Origin: Squalus acanthias
Lineage: Eukaryota
Length of the DNA stretch: 64,000 nt
Assembly (NCBI GenBank): GCA_030390025.1
Contig: CM059432.1
Coordinates: 17,982,001-18,046,000, forward strand
Reading direction: 5' to 3'
The notes under the pieces were generated by a model. It did not search any database, was not told the DNA's origin, and saw nothing but the letters and a program-made list of their open reading frames with translations. Positions within the stretch are counted from its first letter, which is position 1. Every line of letters starts with the position of its first letter. Of this stretch, positions 25,801 to 40,742 are shown in pieces. The position numbers and the translations under genes are program-made.

Positions 25801-26093
25801 ATGGTAGCCCAGTGGTTTTGGTACTGGACTAGCAATCTAGAATTCAAATTCTGCCATGGCAAGTTGTGAAATAAAACTTAACGCTGGTAATTTATGGTCT
25901 ACCACCAGAGAGTGACGATGAAAACAGACACTGAACTGTAAAAGCCTTAATGTCCTTCAGGAAAGGAAACAAATCAACTCCTACCCTACATGTGACTGCA
26001 GTCCCAGACTACATGGTTGACTCAACGCCCTTGGGGCAATCAGGGGTGGGCAATGAATACTGCCTTGCCAGTGTCGCCCACATTTCAAAAAAG
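25801..26093 (+). mobile_element. tRNA-derived SINE family B, sharing its tail with the 7478/15643 LINE
   Basis: Head tagcccagtggttttggtactggactag...; tail gggcaatgaatactgccttgccagtgtcgcccacat. Confidence 0.7.
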
Positions 26094-27819
26094 ACATAAA
26101 ACAAGTGGCAGTGAACATGACCAGATTCAACTGCTCCCGTTAAAATATCATTTTCCATCATAAATTAGGAGAATATGAGCTGATCTTGGGAGCAGGTGGA
26201 TCTATCTGTTAGCTGATTGGTTTTCGTTTTCAAGTAGTTTTCTTATTCTGCTAGATTTTCCCATGTCAGCGAACACAAATTCCAACAAAAATGAGCGGCT
26301 CAATGGTCAATTTGAATTCACTCGCTCCTCCTTAACTAAGCAGGGCTTTACATGGGTTTTGATATTGTTGTGTTCAATCCCAGCTACAAGGTTGCATTTA
26401 CAGCAGTTTTATCATCACATTATCAAGAATGATTATCACCTGCCTCAATTCTGCTGTAATTTAATGGGATTCTGATCTTTTAGGAAAACAGTACTCGAAC
26501 CTGTTGCAAGGAAATTAAATGGTAGCAAGAAGGGCGAGGAGAAGAACTTCCCAAAAATTATGCCTAGAAATTTTTAATAATGTTACTCAATTTATAAAGT
26601 AGGTCATGCGGTCTGGGAACTACTTACCGAAATGAAGGTAGCTTATTGAATTTTAAGCACTCCCCTCCTCCTATGCCAGTAACTAGAATGGTACCAGAGG
26701 AGTCAATGGTTCGGCAGTTCCCTTGTGATGCACCTCGACTGGCCTGGCGCCTTTCCTCCTCAAAGACTTCTCCGCAATCCACTTTTCAACAGGTTTAATT
26801 TTAAAATCACCTGGTCAGGCATCGGATAGCAAATACCCTAGCACTAGTTGAGTAATTATGATGCATTCACTCGAGTGACTATGCTAGTAATGTGTCTTTA
26901 TATTAGCCGACAATGTGCGCTGCAGAAAAATCATTCTAGCTTTGCACCCCAGAACGTTGTCTTAATCTTTCTATTTTGCTTAACTATTACAATTTTAGAT
27001 TAGGTCCTTCAGCTTGACCACCAACCCCCTGCCCTCACCCAAGCCTCCTAATATATATGGTATTGAAATTTCGGGCTGATCCCAACATGTCAATGGGACA
27101 TAAGGAAAGTTAATCGAGGAGCCTCTTTGGATTCTGTTTGAAAAAAAATCAAAGACTTTAATTTCAACAAATTTCAATGTAGCATTCATAATGGAATTCA
27201 GTTGAAAAGTACCATTAACGAGCAGTAAGTGGAACAGGAGCAATGGCCCAAATAGAAGTTATCTGTTTATTTGGATTTCAGAATGGAATGTTAAGTGATT
27301 GGCTTAGAATTTCAGACATGTGACGTTCCACTGTACTTCAAACATTTGATAGCAGAATGGTTTCTCAAAGTATTTGTTGTTTTATCTCTACTCTATATTC
27401 ACACTGGGTGGTAATGTCAGGTCGGTTCAGGTAGGGAGATGAGGAGAGTGGGTGAGCTGGAAAAATTCAACTGGACAAGACCTGTCTAAAAGGCACTTTT
27501 ATGTTGCCCAGTTGTTTGCCTCCTATCCAGGGAGAATGACTTCTGTGCTTTGCTCTTTTAAAATCAGGTGCCAGGCTTATGGGACTGCACTGTAGAATGT
27601 GATGACTCTGTGGATTTATCTGTGGAAATGTAGGGAAGTGTACTCCATTAGAGATTCACGCTCCCACATGTTTTTTGGGTCTATGGTGACCATGGCATCC
27701 CAAGCACAAGGTGGCCATTTATATTATGGTGTGCAGCTTCACACCTCTTACTGACTACACTCAATAGGAAGGCCCCTCAAGTCACCAGAGTATGTCTCTT
27801 CTCGCCAGGACACAATGAG

Positions 27820-28318
27820 TCATAGAGTTATACAGCACAGAAAGAGGCCCTTCGGCCATCGTGTCCGCGCCGGCCATCAAGCCCCATCTATTCTAATCCC
27901 ATTTTCCAGCACTTGGTCCGTAGCCTTGTATGCTATGGTGTTTCAAGTGCACATCTAAATATTTCTTGAATGTTGTGAGGGTTCCTGCCTCTGCCACCCT
28001 TTCAGGCAGTGAGTTCCAGATTTCAACCACCCTCTGGGTGAAAAAGTTTTTCCTCAAATCCCCTCTAAACCTCCTGCCCCTTACATTGAAACAATGCCCC
28101 CTGGTTATTGACCCCTCTACTAAGGGGAAAAGTTCCTTTCTATCTACCCTATCTATGCCCCTCATAATTTTGTACACCTCAATCAGGTCCCCCCTCAGCC
28201 TTCTCTGCTCTAAGGAAAACAACCCTAGCCTGTCCAGTCTCTCTTCATAGCTGAAGCGCTCCAGCCCAGGTAACATCCTGGTGAATCTCCTCTGCACCCT
28301 CTCCAATGCAATCACAAT
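27820..28318 (-). mobile_element. CR1 LINE 3' fragment
   Basis: Uninterrupted 140-aa ORF2 C-terminus ALERVQRRFTRMLPGL...GYGPSAGKWD. Confidence 0.92.
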
Positions 28319-29814
28319 ATGGTGACTTTACATTAATTCATCTCTCAAGGAAGAGGCAATCTTAGCCACTTTTTCTCTTTTTTGGAAGGGAGGGAAGAAA
28401 GGAATAGCAAAGTATTGATATCTTAATGATTGTGTCTTTCCCCAAACCAATGTTTGTTCAGTATTACGAATCATGCAACTTAAAATGTAATTACTTTAGC
28501 TCAATTTCTATTTCATCCTCCCTAACTTCCTCACATAGAAATATATAGATATATATTCTTTCATTCACAATCTGGACTCTTATTGATCTGTATTTGGCCT
28601 TCAGAGGGGGCAGGGCATACATTGAACAAAGCTCTCCCTCCAATTCCTGGACCATTTTGATGTGCAACTCCCAGATTGATGAATGAGGGAACGATAATTA
28701 CCATAGAGATGTTTCTGGAGTAGGATGGGCTGGGCTATCATATGCCAAAGTGTATAAGAGTAGATCAGTGCAAATTAGTTTTTAGGGAGGGGGTTGAGAA
28801 AAGGCGTATTTGGTGCTAGAAATAAATTGCCACAGGAAATTAAAATGCGTCGGATACCAGCTTTTAACAAAATGAATACAAGTTATGTTCCAAATCAACA
28901 TGGTCTTTGAAGTATATGATTTAACTAGCTTTGTCTCAAACTTAACTCAAACTTCATTCAAAACAGTTTATTTGTAGCTAGACAAGCTGGGAACAGGAAT
29001 AATGAAGTGAAGGTGGCAGTTACTGGATTAGGAAAATAGGCAAGACCAACACAGAAAAAGAGACCAATCCTGCATACAGTTTTCACAGTTTCAATTTGCT
29101 GACTCGGGTCTGAGGACAATATAGAATATGTCACAAGAACCTCCTTCAGTAAAAATAGCATACAGGATCCCCTGGTAGGATTCGAATACTGCTTTAAAAT
29201 AAATTTCTACCTATGTGCCAAGATTATCACACAGGAGACAAGACAGCGTGCATTATATTTGTTGTGATAGATATCAAGATTTGAAATCCAGGACACAAAC
29301 AGTACAGTAGCATGTGCAAAGACAAAGACAGAAACAATGCTGGGCTGAGTGGACACCTGCCAAACAAATTAAACCCACCACCATCTGTCAACTAATAAAT
29401 TCATACAACCTAATAAAGCAACTGTAGCTAAAGATAACGCAAAATAATCAGTACACAATACTCACGTTCTTTGTGTTTTCTAAAAAGCGTAGTCAGTTTG
29501 GACTAGTTGTCAAGAAAATGTTGGTAGAATCTCAGTGGACTACATTCAGATTTTACAAAACTGACTAGCAGAATATTAGTGTTTAACTCAGTAGTGATTT
29601 TCTTGTGATGTTATAACAAAGGCTTGGTGATGCAGCACAGTACTGTACTAATTAACATTAGCAGTGCGAGGAATTATAAGATACAAGTTCACATCCCTAA
29701 TTCCATACACACAAATTCCAGATCTTGGCTGTGGGGATGGGGGCGGAAAGCTGCACGTGAAGGCAGGGAAAATCAACAGGGACACTCAACCACTAAGGCT
29801 ACTTTTTAAACTAT

Positions 29815-30437
29815 CCTTCTTCTTGGGCAGTCCCTCGGAACCGAGGATGACTTGCTTCCACATTAAAAATGAGTTCTCAGGTGACTGATGAGTCCAATGC
29901 AGGACCTACAGTCTCTGTCACAGGTGGGGCAGACGGTGGTTGAAGGGGCGGGTGGGTGGGGTGCTTGGGTTGACGTGCGCTCCTTGCGCTGGGCTTCCGC
30001 TTGCTTCCGGCGAAGAGACTCAAGGTGTTTGGCGCCTTCCCGGATGCTTCTCCTCCACTTGTGCAGTCTTGGGCCAGGGATTCCCAGGTGTCGGTGGGGA
30101 TGTTGCCCTTTTTCAAGGAGGCTTTGAGGGTGTCCTTGAAGCGTTTCCTCTGCCCACCTGGGCTCTCTTGCCATGTCGGAGCTCCGAGTAGAGTGCTTGG
30201 TTTGGGAGTCTCGTATCGGGCATGCGGACGATGTGACCCGTCCATCGGAGCTGATCGAGCGTGGTCAAAGCTTCGATGCTGGGGATGTTGGCTTGAGTGA
30301 GAACACGGACGTTGGTGCGCCTATCCTGCAAATGGATTTGCAGGATCTTGCGGAGGCAGCGTTGGTGGTACCTCTCCAGCGCTTTGAGGTGCCTGCTGTA
30401 CATGGTCCATGTCTCTGAGGCATACAGCAATAGACTT
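29815..30437 (-). mobile_element. RTE-clade LINE 3' fragment
   Basis: LLYASETW...YHQRCLRKILQI...QLRWTGHIVRMPDTRLP, C-terminal CPTCDRDC...SHLRTH zinc finger, (aag)n tail. Confidence 0.9.
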
Positions 30438-30946
30438 GCCCACTCACGCGGGGAACAGCTGAGTTTTTTTTCCCGCAAGTGGGCAAGAGAAGAACTTTGA
30501 AAAATATAAGCTTTAAACCAGATACAATATTTTACAAAGCCTGTCATCAGCTCAAAAAAAACCCCCCCCAAAAAAATCAAAGGGATTATAAAATTTACAG
30601 TAGGGAGAAACTTCCAAATTTTAAATTTAAGAAGCCCAGATGAATAGTATTTGAATAGTATTGCAGCATCCTTGTAAAATCAAGGATAACTAAAATGAGC
30701 AAGAAAAGAATTGGATTCTCACCCCACTCTAGCTTTGTCATAGAGGCTCCAAGAGATTTACAGCTATCACACTGAAAACTTGTCAGGTTTGGAGAACAGA
30801 TGATGTTTCTTATTTGGCGAATTGGTAAGGTTTTTTCCTCGTCGACAAAACAGGCAGTTTAATTAGCTGTACATAACAAAAAGCTCCCCTTCCAGGATAC
30901 ACTCAAATTTAACAGACACAATATGCTCCTAGTTAACCCAGTACAG

Positions 30947-31338
30947 GTGTCAGCTGTGGCTCAGTGATCGAACTCTGGTCTGAATCAGAATGTTGAGAGT
31001 TCATGTTCCACAGTGAACTTCCACTCCAGAGACTTGAGCACAAAATCTAGGTTGACACTCCAGTGCAGCACCGTCGTAGGTGCCGTCTTTCGGAGAAGAT
31101 GTTAAACCAAGGCCCTGTCCGTAAAGGATTTCATGGCACTATTCGAAGAGCAGCAGTGGGGGAGTTCTCCCCAGTGTTCTGGCCAATATTTATCCCTCAA
31201 TCAGTAAAACAAATTACCATATCATTATCTCGTTGCTGTTTGTGGGACGTTGATGCGCAAATGGGCTGCTGCATTTCCGAAGTACTTCATTGGCTGTAAA
31301 GCGCTTTTGGCATCCTGAGGTTGTGGAAGGCGCTATAT
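30947..31338 (+). mobile_element. Deu-domain SINE, near full length
   Basis: gtgtcagctgtggctcagtg head, ggtgccgtctttcggagaagatgttaaacc core, L2-type tail ggcgctatat. Confidence 0.8.
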
Positions 31339-33604
31339 TGTCAGACTAATTTAAGGCACTTTTACAGTGGCGCTCATTTTGTTAAGGTTCACAGGAAAAG
31401 CACAATTAGTGCACCAGCTCCCTGTGTTGTTATGGGACTATAATTCTGAGATTAGGGAGCCAGTTTTAGTAGGGAGCTTGCATGTGTTGCACAAGCCTCA
31501 CTCTCCCGCGTTTCAAACTCAACAAGCACCAAAATTAAATAAAAGTTCTTACTGTAGTTGCTTCTTGCCATTCATTTGGCAAGATGTAGCTAAAGATAGA
31601 GAGCAACATAGCTTTTTTTGCTGGATGACAAAGAGAAGACGAGGAGTAGTTTATTAACAAAGAGCAAAAGGTTAGCAAATGTAGTGGCTCTATTCCTCAC
31701 ATAGCAGGACAGTTTAAAACCAAGCTTAAAAAAAAAGTAATGTAATGAGATAAATAGTAAGTTTAATAGCAATTACTGTGTGATAATAGAAGGAAACAAG
31801 TACTTATGACCTCACAGGCTTTTCCAGAATTTCAGCCATTAGGAGTATTTCTTTAAAACTAAACTAAATGACCTCCTGTGATTTTACACTCAGAAAAAAA
31901 CAACCACCTTGCCTTTTTAGTCCTACATCTCCTCTTCTCTCCCACTCTAGTGCATGGTTTCCCTCTCTACCTTCATCATCTACACTGCCTTACAAACTTT
32001 CTCTCATTGTTGTCTCTGCATCTTCAGTCTCTGAAACATTCACTTTTTCTCTTCTGCTTTCTACTAGTTTCTCCTTCACTCTGCCTCTCTCCTGTATATC
32101 TCACAATCTCGATGTGCCTGCCATGCATGCTCCTTTCTGGACTAACTCAATTTTTTACCTATTTAAAACATGAATTCAGAAGGCAGCCAACCATGCATCA
32201 GCCTGCAACAAGTTCATCTTTGTCAGCTTTCTCTGCCTTCAGCAGTCTCCTAAAAGCCCCTCACTGACCATGCCTCCGGTCTCCCCGCCCCTCTAAATAT
32301 CCTTGTTGTGAACTGCTTTTAAATGTTTTACTACATAAAGGCAAGTATTTGGTTAAGTGAATACGGAGGTCAGGCTGAGAGTAGAAAGTGACTGCATGTG
32401 CGTGTGTACGTGCATGTGTGCGAACGCAGTATGGTGTTTATTAGTAAACACAAGGAAAGCACACAGGCAGTTTGATGATCAGGCTGGAAGGCAGAATGCT
32501 GGGTAGAGGAGGAAGGCTAGGGTGAGATGCGCAGAGATTGAGCCAGTCAACTACACGATGGATAATTAATTAACTGTCATGTGGTTTCCACGGGCATGGA
32601 GGGCTCTCCAAACTGACGCACAGAAAATCTTATGAAGAGATGGATTTGCTGAGCCTCTTTACATGTGACATTTCCTGCGGTGTAACAGTATATAACATGA
32701 CCATATTTTTCTACCCATTCTTGCTACTTAATTCAAAATTCAATTTTTTTTTTAGGGCATTCAACAAAGGCAATAAATATCCTCACGCAAGCCCAACCCT
32801 TTCCACTGAGCTTGCAAATGATGGCCATGGCAAATCTACCAATAGACCAAGAGCTAAGTTTCAGTGCTATAAATTGTATGTATGTATGTAATATCAAAAT
32901 ATATTAACAGAAGTTGTGTTTTCAAAATATATGGTACATTGAGTAATTACTCACCAACAGTTCATCAATTTTAACGCAGGCATACTGCTCCTTTTCAGTA
33001 CTGAAGGCATGCCATCCCATTTATCCAATAATATTCATGTGATATTTATTAAACTTTACTAATCTGCAATTGCTACTTTGAGAGAATCAAGGTCTAGAAG
33101 CTCAAGCTGCCGTTAAACTGTAGACGGTACAAGTACTGCTCTGTATACTCTGATCAATCTCTCTCCTTATTGCAGGGTATTTCTTTCCATAGGTGCCAGG
33201 AGAGCAAGAGGAATTCCTGGGGAAAGATGTACTGTGCATGGACAACTTTCTCACACCAACCGGAAACCAGAGTCCATAATGCCAACCTTTTGCCAAGCCC
33301 AAAACCAGACGGGGGAGGAGATGAGATCACAGCTTTAGCTCTATTTTTTTTGATGCTGATGAAAAATCAATAACTAAGCATAAATACTACCAAAAAATGA
33401 GTAAACAAGAAAAAAGTCAACATAAAAAAAAACTTGGGCATTCATTTACATTTTAGAAATTTCCAGACAGCTCAGTCTCAAATTGGGGCAGTCTTCAAGT
33501 AGGCCAAAAGCAAAATTAGTATAAAGAATTTATTCTTCATGCTTATGAAATGGGCCATAACTTGGCACTGTAAATACTGGCTCTTTTGAAGTATTCAGAA
33601 AGGA

Positions 33605-34220
33605 ATTATTGCAAGGGGGATGGAGTATAAAAGTAGGGAAGTCTTGCTACAACTGTACAGGGCGCTGGTGAGACCACATCTGGAGTACTACGTGCAGTTT
33701 TGGCTTAAGGAGAGATATACTTGCATTGGAGGCAATTCAGAGAAGGTTCACGATGTTGATGGGGTTGTCTTATGAAGAAAGGTTGAGCAGGTTGGGCCTA
33801 TACGCATTGGAGTTTAGAAGAATGAGAGGTGATCTTATTGAAACATAAAAGATTCTGAGGGGGCTCGACAGGGTAGATGCAGGGAGGATGTTTCCCCTCG
33901 TGGGGGAATCTAGAACTAGGAGGCATAGTTTCAGAATAAGGGGTCGCCCATTTAAAGAGGAGGAGGAATTTCTTCTCTGAGGGTCGTGAATCTTTGGAAT
34001 TTTCTATCCCAGAGTGCTATGGAGGCGGAGTCATTGAATATATTCAAGGCAGAGATAGACAGATATTTGAGCTACAGGGGAGTCAAGTGTTATGGGGAGC
34101 GGGCGGGAAAGTGGAGTTGAGGCCAAGATCAGATCAGCCATGATCTTATTGAATGGCGGAGCAGGCTCGAGGGGCCAAATGGCCTACTCCTGCTCCTATT
34201 TCTTATCTTATGTTCTTATG
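33605..34220 (+). mobile_element. CR1 LINE 3' fragment
   Basis: LYRALVRPHLEY...RMRGDLIET; (ttcttatg)n tail. Confidence 0.88.
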
Positions 34221-37200
34221 AATTGAATCAATTCAGCAAAGGGGAATATGGGTCAGGTGTTAAATTGTCAGATCAGGTCCTCAAAAAAGGACCTTAGTAA
34301 CAAAGCAAGATAAACAAATTAATTACTTTTTCTTCTTTGTAACATTTTTTTGATGAATGCTCTTTCCAGATCAGGATGTCCTTACATTTTATTTCTTGGA
34401 TTAGTATAACTGATTCAAAATGACTGCAAAAAAACCTAATAAATCCTATGCTCTGAATACATGGTCTGTTTCCTGGAAAGCTGGATTATGTCTTCGTATA
34501 AAGCATGAATTAATTTCGATCATTTAGAAAATCATTCTTGTAACTTTACTTTCATCCCTTTCCAATCAGCTAGTTTTTTTTGGATCACCTCATGTTCATC
34601 TGAATCCATTTGCTTGGGAGATTTTGAGACAGATCCTTTGCTGAATTTGGTTGTATCCTTTCCCAAAAACACACAAAAAAAGACTAATCCACAGGAATTT
34701 AAAATAGGTTTCCTGCACTCAACAACAGGACCTTCACTGATTGTAGCTATGTTCATTAATAGAGTGAAAGTTGCTTACAACTGAAATTATTTTCAAAAGA
34801 GCAGTTTGCTCCTCCTTATAAGAAAACAGATGATGCCATTTTCTCTCCACATCAATTCCACTTGCGTGATCAGCTTGTGACCCAACCACAAACTTTGAAA
34901 TTTTCCTTGGGAGTGCACCTTAGGCATTCATGCAAATAGTTCCTCATACTGCTTCCTTCACCAAGCAATTACAGGTAATAGATGTTTCACACCTACAATA
35001 GTCACGGGGATAGGGGAAGAAAGCACCGCAAAGGGAAAGAAACAGAATGCGATGCTGCGAGATGACAACATTGCTGTATTCTATTGCAACATAATTCTAC
35101 ATCTGCAAACTTCTCTCACAAAAGCTTTTGATATTTCAGAGTGTTGTAGTAGGACTCTACAAATATTCTCCAATGAAAGTGAAGAATTTCTTGTAATAAG
35201 CATTTCAAATGTAATGAATGATGTCCTAAGCACATAAGGAGAAAACAATATTCTGTATGGGCTTTCTAGGTTGGAGAAATAATCTGTTAAATCTTTGGTT
35301 GCTCTGTTTTATGTCTGTAGCAACCTAAGCTGGCAGTAAAGCACCTAAATATTTGGACAATATGGAGTTTTTAAAGTTCAAATGTTTGATTATACAATGA
35401 GATAATTATTATTTACATACACCTGATTGGTTACCAGAACAAATGCAAATTTCTTCTTCCAGGCACAGGCTGTCCATTTGCGGAGTACTGGTACTTCACT
35501 GGCTGTAAAGCGCTTTGGGACGTCCGGTGGTTGTGAAAGGCGTTATATAAATCCAAGTCTTTCTTTTTATTATGTGCCTAAAAAAAAATGAAGAAATTGG
35601 AGTGGAGCTCAGACCTCTCAGCCTCTGAGATCAGGGCTGTTCCTGCTGATGGAGGTCGTCCTTGGAGGGTGGAAGTGGTGGGGGGCGTAAAATAATTTTT
35701 AAAAATCTCACCCGGACATCAAGTCTGCCCTGCAAACACCACAGTTCCTCTGGTCAGTGGAGGGTGACTATGGGACAGGCCACAGCTGAGACGTCCAACA
35801 GGCAGATTCACAACAAAATAAGAAAGGAGACCAGTAACACTATCTCCCACCTCAAAAATAGCTACGCTAGGCTTGCGCCTACTACAGGCACACAGGAGCA
35901 AGCCCAGTGTTTCCTGGTGGCAAAGCTCCAGGACACTCCGGGTCAATGCAATGGGGGCAAAGATCTGATGCAATAGATCCCTGGCCCTTTCATCTTTGTC
36001 CTGTGCTTGGTGAGCACCAATTCCTCAAGTGCATGAGAGAGGAAAATCTACCCTACTTTTTTTTAATTAAGAAATTCAGATGAAGCACAAAGGCCTATTG
36101 TTCTGAAAACTACCAAGGCTGAAAACATAATTAAGCAATAGTGTTAGCTTGGGTTTTCGAAAGGCTATGGATTTATAGGAGGTTTAGGAATTCCACAGTT
36201 TTGAGGTTCTAAAAAAGTGCGAGTTTGAATAAACAATGGATTTCAACACAATGTAGTGAAGAAAGGAGAGAAAGTGTAGGCCAGTTCATTTAGAGCAGAG
36301 GATGAATGAGAAAAAAGTTCACAGGTGCAATGGTTACAATAGGGAGTTTGACAAATAGCAAGAAGGAATGCAAAAGACTTCAGGAAGACACGAGTTAGTC
36401 GAATTGGCAGACAGATGGCGCATGCATTTTAACGTGGCGAACTGTGAGGCAATACCTTTTGAGAGGAAAAACAAAGAATGGGATTATAGACAATAACTGT
36501 GGCCTAACCAATGCTTTGTACAAATTTATTATTTTACTCTGTGCCAGATTTCTAAATCCCCAATTTTCTTTTATGGCTTTATCTATCTGCACTTGGAGAA
36601 TTATGTACTTGAATCCCCGATGTGTTTCTAGAAAAACGCTGAACAGAAAATAAGTGCTTGTACTTTCTTGAAAATTCAACAAACAAAACTGTTAAAAAAA
36701 AGTCTCCCTAAGAATTGAAGCAATTTTGAACACGATGAACATAAAAATAAAATTGGGTGTAATGGTTATGATACTGGACTACCAATCCAGTGTTTGAGTG
36801 TTACAATCCGGAAATTTAATTCAATAAATCTGGTACTATGTAGATGGTCATAAAAACCCAACTGGTTCATTAATCTCCTTCAGGGAAGCAAGCTTGCCAC
36901 CGCTACGTAGCCTGGCCTATATGCGACTCCAGTCCCACAGTACGGGGTTAACTTTTATTGCCCTCTGAAGTGAGCAAGCCACCCAAGTTGTAAATCGCTA
37001 CAAAGTTCAGTAATAAGAAATTCAGGCACACTTATTGGCAACGACCCACGCATTGCATCAGGATAAAACTAAAGCATTCCCATCCCAGTCGACCCTGCAA
37101 AATCCTCCTCACTATCTGGTGGGAGAGACAGAGTGAGGGGGAGAGATAGAAACGAGAGAGAAAAGAAAATAAGAAAAACAAACTTGCATCTATACAGGGT

Positions 37201-39439
37201 CTTTCACACACTCTGGACGTCCCAAATTCCTTCACAGCCAATGAGTACTTTTGAGGTGTAGTCACTGTTGTAATGTAGCAAAAGCAGCTAATTTGCATAC
37301 AGCAAGCTCCCAGGTAACTCAAAGAACAGGGATTAAACCTCGCACCTTTTGCCTCAGCTACTAAAAGAATAAATTCCACCATTGGGGTTCTGTTGAAACA
37401 TGCCTCTGAACTCCAACTATCCAATTTGAATATATAAATCCAATTGGTGTTCCTTGGTCAAAAGACCACCCCATGTAATAAGCTAATGGTGACTGAAGGA
37501 TGCCAAACACCTTTATGCAGGGTATACCAGAAGAGAATACTCCCTCGGTAACTGGATGCACAAATGAGTTGCCATGATGCAGGTCCTAGTACAATTGCAC
37601 TTGTTTTTGTTGTGCTGCTAAGCTCAATTTAAATACCATCGTCAATTAGGACACAACCCAACATCCAAAACCTCATGTTTAAATCTTAAATTAGGATTAT
37701 CTCAAAGAATACCAATAGTCTTAACATTCAAACCAAATTTTCTCCCCGTCTATTTTAGCATCATCTGGTCACGGGAAAGGAGTTTGATCCCCAACATACT
37801 GATCTCGGATTTTAGCCATTATCATGGGAAGTTAGCAAATGGAAGCCAAGAACTTGCCAAAGGAAAAGCAGCTAACAAGCTTCATGCTCCTCTAGTGGCT
37901 GGCTTGCAACAACACTGAAGAGGCCAGAGGGTGGATTGCTTACCCTCTTGTCCACAAGGGCCAGGGAGTGATCACCAAGAGAAAAAAATTAAATGAAAAC
38001 AGGATCAATAGTATGGTGTTTTTCTAGTATAGTCTGGGTGTTTAAACACTGCCATCGCAGAGAGAGAGAGAGAGAATGTTCAGCTCTAATAAGTCAGGCT
38101 GTAAGTGGTTCAGCAGTTCTTTTTTGTTAAGAACAATGTAGAAACTAAAGCGATCTTCCAGACTGTTTGAGCACACAACACATTTAAGAAAAGTAGAAAG
38201 CAAACTACTTGCGCCACCGTTGATTTCCTTGTGTAGCCTATTTGTGCTACATTTAAAAATTTCTGACTCATGACAGCTCTCAATACTCCATACGTACAAT
38301 TTGTGATCTTACCATGCAGCACTTGACGAGAGATCTATGGCCATCGGAGTTTAGATTTAAATCCTCAAAGTTGGAATTTTTCAGATAGGGCAAAACCAAC
38401 TTAATGTTTATTATTCTTCTACATCAACATGTAGATCTGAACAGGCCAAATCCAGATATAGCCTGGATCTGGTCTGGAACCGACTTGCAGTACAAGCATT
38501 CATGGTAGTTAACAAGCAAGGTTAAGTGTGGATTTTAGAACACCATTGTTCATTGTGACAAAGCAAAAGGGACAATAAATGTACACCACATATTAATTAT
38601 CTTCAGATGACTGGGTTTTCCTACATGCCTAGTCAGAAGAACTACAAATGCCCACAGAGATTTGTACTAAAGGATCGTCAGATATATAAAAATGTGTTGC
38701 TCCTCTAATGTATGTCATTTTTCAAAACTTTTTTTTTAAAAAGGAGTATTATTTTTATCTTCTATGTTTCTACATGATTCAAGATTTTCATCTCTGGTTC
38801 TAAGTAAGGGTACTCTAGTTAGAGGCAGGTTGGGGGAGGGGCAGAAAAAGGAGAAGCAGTTAGAAAGGACATGCAGTGACAGATGGAGCACGAGTCTTCA
38901 GATACATTACTAGTTTAAGACTAGAAGTCAACTTTTCTGTTATAACAAAATATACCAGAGGAAATGGTAAGTATTGACGCTTAGCCTATCAGCATGAATG
39001 AGTAATCTCAGTCAAGTGCAGTTCGGTTTTCTGGGGTGGGGTGGAATTAGACTTTGTTGTTTCTACTATCTGGTTATACCATGAAACTGCAGAAGCATCA
39101 GCAACTTGTCATTTATTAAGGTCTTTTCCCATAATCTCTCATTAAAATACAAGGACTTGCTTTCAGAGAGTGGTATCTGAACAGCCCAGGAAGATGAGTT
39201 GTAGCACAGTGCTGTTAGGACACGGACCATATGGGCCACTTTTATGTTAGAAGTTAAAATATGTTTCAGGCTTGTTTGAACAGGTTATGAGAGTGAGAGA
39301 AGAGAGCTCATTGTACTTTAGTCTATTAAATATAACATTTTAATTTCCACTTTAGTTGGGGAACTGTGCACACATCATGAACTTCAACAGTTGAATCAAG
39401 AATCTTCCTTTCCAACGACATAAGCGTAATGCAAGAAAG

Positions 39440-39832
39440 AGAATGTTTGCATTTATATAGCATGTTATCACATCAGTCAGAAATGTCCCCAAAGTACTTC
39501 AGAGCCAATGAATTACGGTGGACTGCAGTGACTGTTGTCAAGTAAGCAAACATGTCAGACATTTTGCACACAGCAAGATCCACAAACAGCAATGAAATGA
39601 ATCATCAGCTGATCAATTTTTGGTGGTGTAGGTTGAGGGAGGAATGCTGGTCAGAACACTAGGAGATATTCATTGCTTTTCTTCAAATGGTGCCATCGGA
39701 TCTTTAATGTCCACCAGAACAGGCAGAAACGCGCAAGCTTGGTTTAACATCTCATCTGAAGGATAGCACCTCCGAAAAAGCAGCACTTCCTCAGTACTGA
39801 GTAGATTATGCGCTCAAGTTTGGGAGTGGGGC
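39440..39832 (-). mobile_element. Deu-domain SINE, decayed, head cut by the adjacent CR1
   Basis: Reverse complement matches the core and tail of the 51456 copy. Confidence 0.7.
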
Positions 39833-40465
39833 TTTATTAAAAAGCAATAGGAATATAAGAGTAAAGAAGTCTTACTACAATTATATAGGGCCTTGGTGAG
39901 ACAACATCTGGAGTATTGTGTACAGTTTTGGTCTCCTTACCGAAGGAAGGATATACTTGCCTTAGAGAGACTGCAAGGAAGGTTCACTAGACTGATTCCT
40001 GGGATGAGGGGATTGTCCTATGAGGAGAGATTGAGTAGACTAGGCCTATATTCCCTAGAGTTGAGAAGAATGAGAGGTGATCTCATTGAAACAAATAATT
40101 CATACAGGGCTTGACAGGGTCGATGCAGGGAGGATGCTTCCCCTGGCTGGGGTGTCTAGAACTAGGGGTCACAGTCTCAGAATAAGAGGTCGGCTATTTA
40201 GGACTAAGATGTGGAGAAATTTCTTCACTCAAAGGGTTGTGAATCTTTGGTATTCTCTACTCTAGAGGACTATGGCTGCTCAGTCGTGAAGTATATTCAA
40301 GACCGAGATCGATACATTTTTGGATACTAAGGTATTCAAGGGACATGGCGATAGTGCAGGAAGGTGGAGTTGAGGTAGAAGATCAGCCATGATCTTTATT
40401 GAATGGCGGAGCAGGCTCAAAGGGACGAATGGCCTACTCCTGCTCCTATTTCTTATGTTCTTATG
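39833..40465 (+). mobile_element. CR1 LINE 3' fragment
   Basis: HLEYCVQFWSPYRRKDILALER...FFTQRVVNLW; ttcttatgttcttatg tail. Confidence 0.9.
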
Positions 40466-40529
40466 AAGCTACAACCTCCCGACTGAGAGGCTAAATATAA
40501 TTAACACAAAGGCAGGTCCCAGAGATCAT

Positions 40530-40742
40530 GATATGGAGATGCCGGTGTTGGACTGGGGTGGACAAATGTGAGAAGTCACACAACACCAGGTTATAGTCCA
40601 ACAGCTTTATTTGAAATCACAAGCTTTCGGAGCGCTGCTCCTTCGTCAGGTGACCTGACGAAGGAGCAGCGCTCCGAAAACTTGTGATTTCAAATAAAGC
40701 TGTTGGACTATAACCTGGTGTTGTGCGACTTCTCACATTTGT
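40530..40742. mobile_element. Palindromic Penelope-like insertion (family B) with hammerhead motifs
   Basis: Inverted arms of ~90 bp centred at 40652; direct repeat ccagagatcat at 40519-40529 and 40743-40753. Confidence 0.82.
40618..40652 (-). ncRNA. Putative minimal type I hammerhead ribozyme (family B, host-gene sense strand)
   Basis: CAC-CTGACGA-AGGAGC agc GCTCC-GAAA-GC-TT-GTG: both catalytic boxes, stem II GGAGC/GCTCC, stem I CAC/GTG, palindromic AAGCTT. Confidence 0.7.
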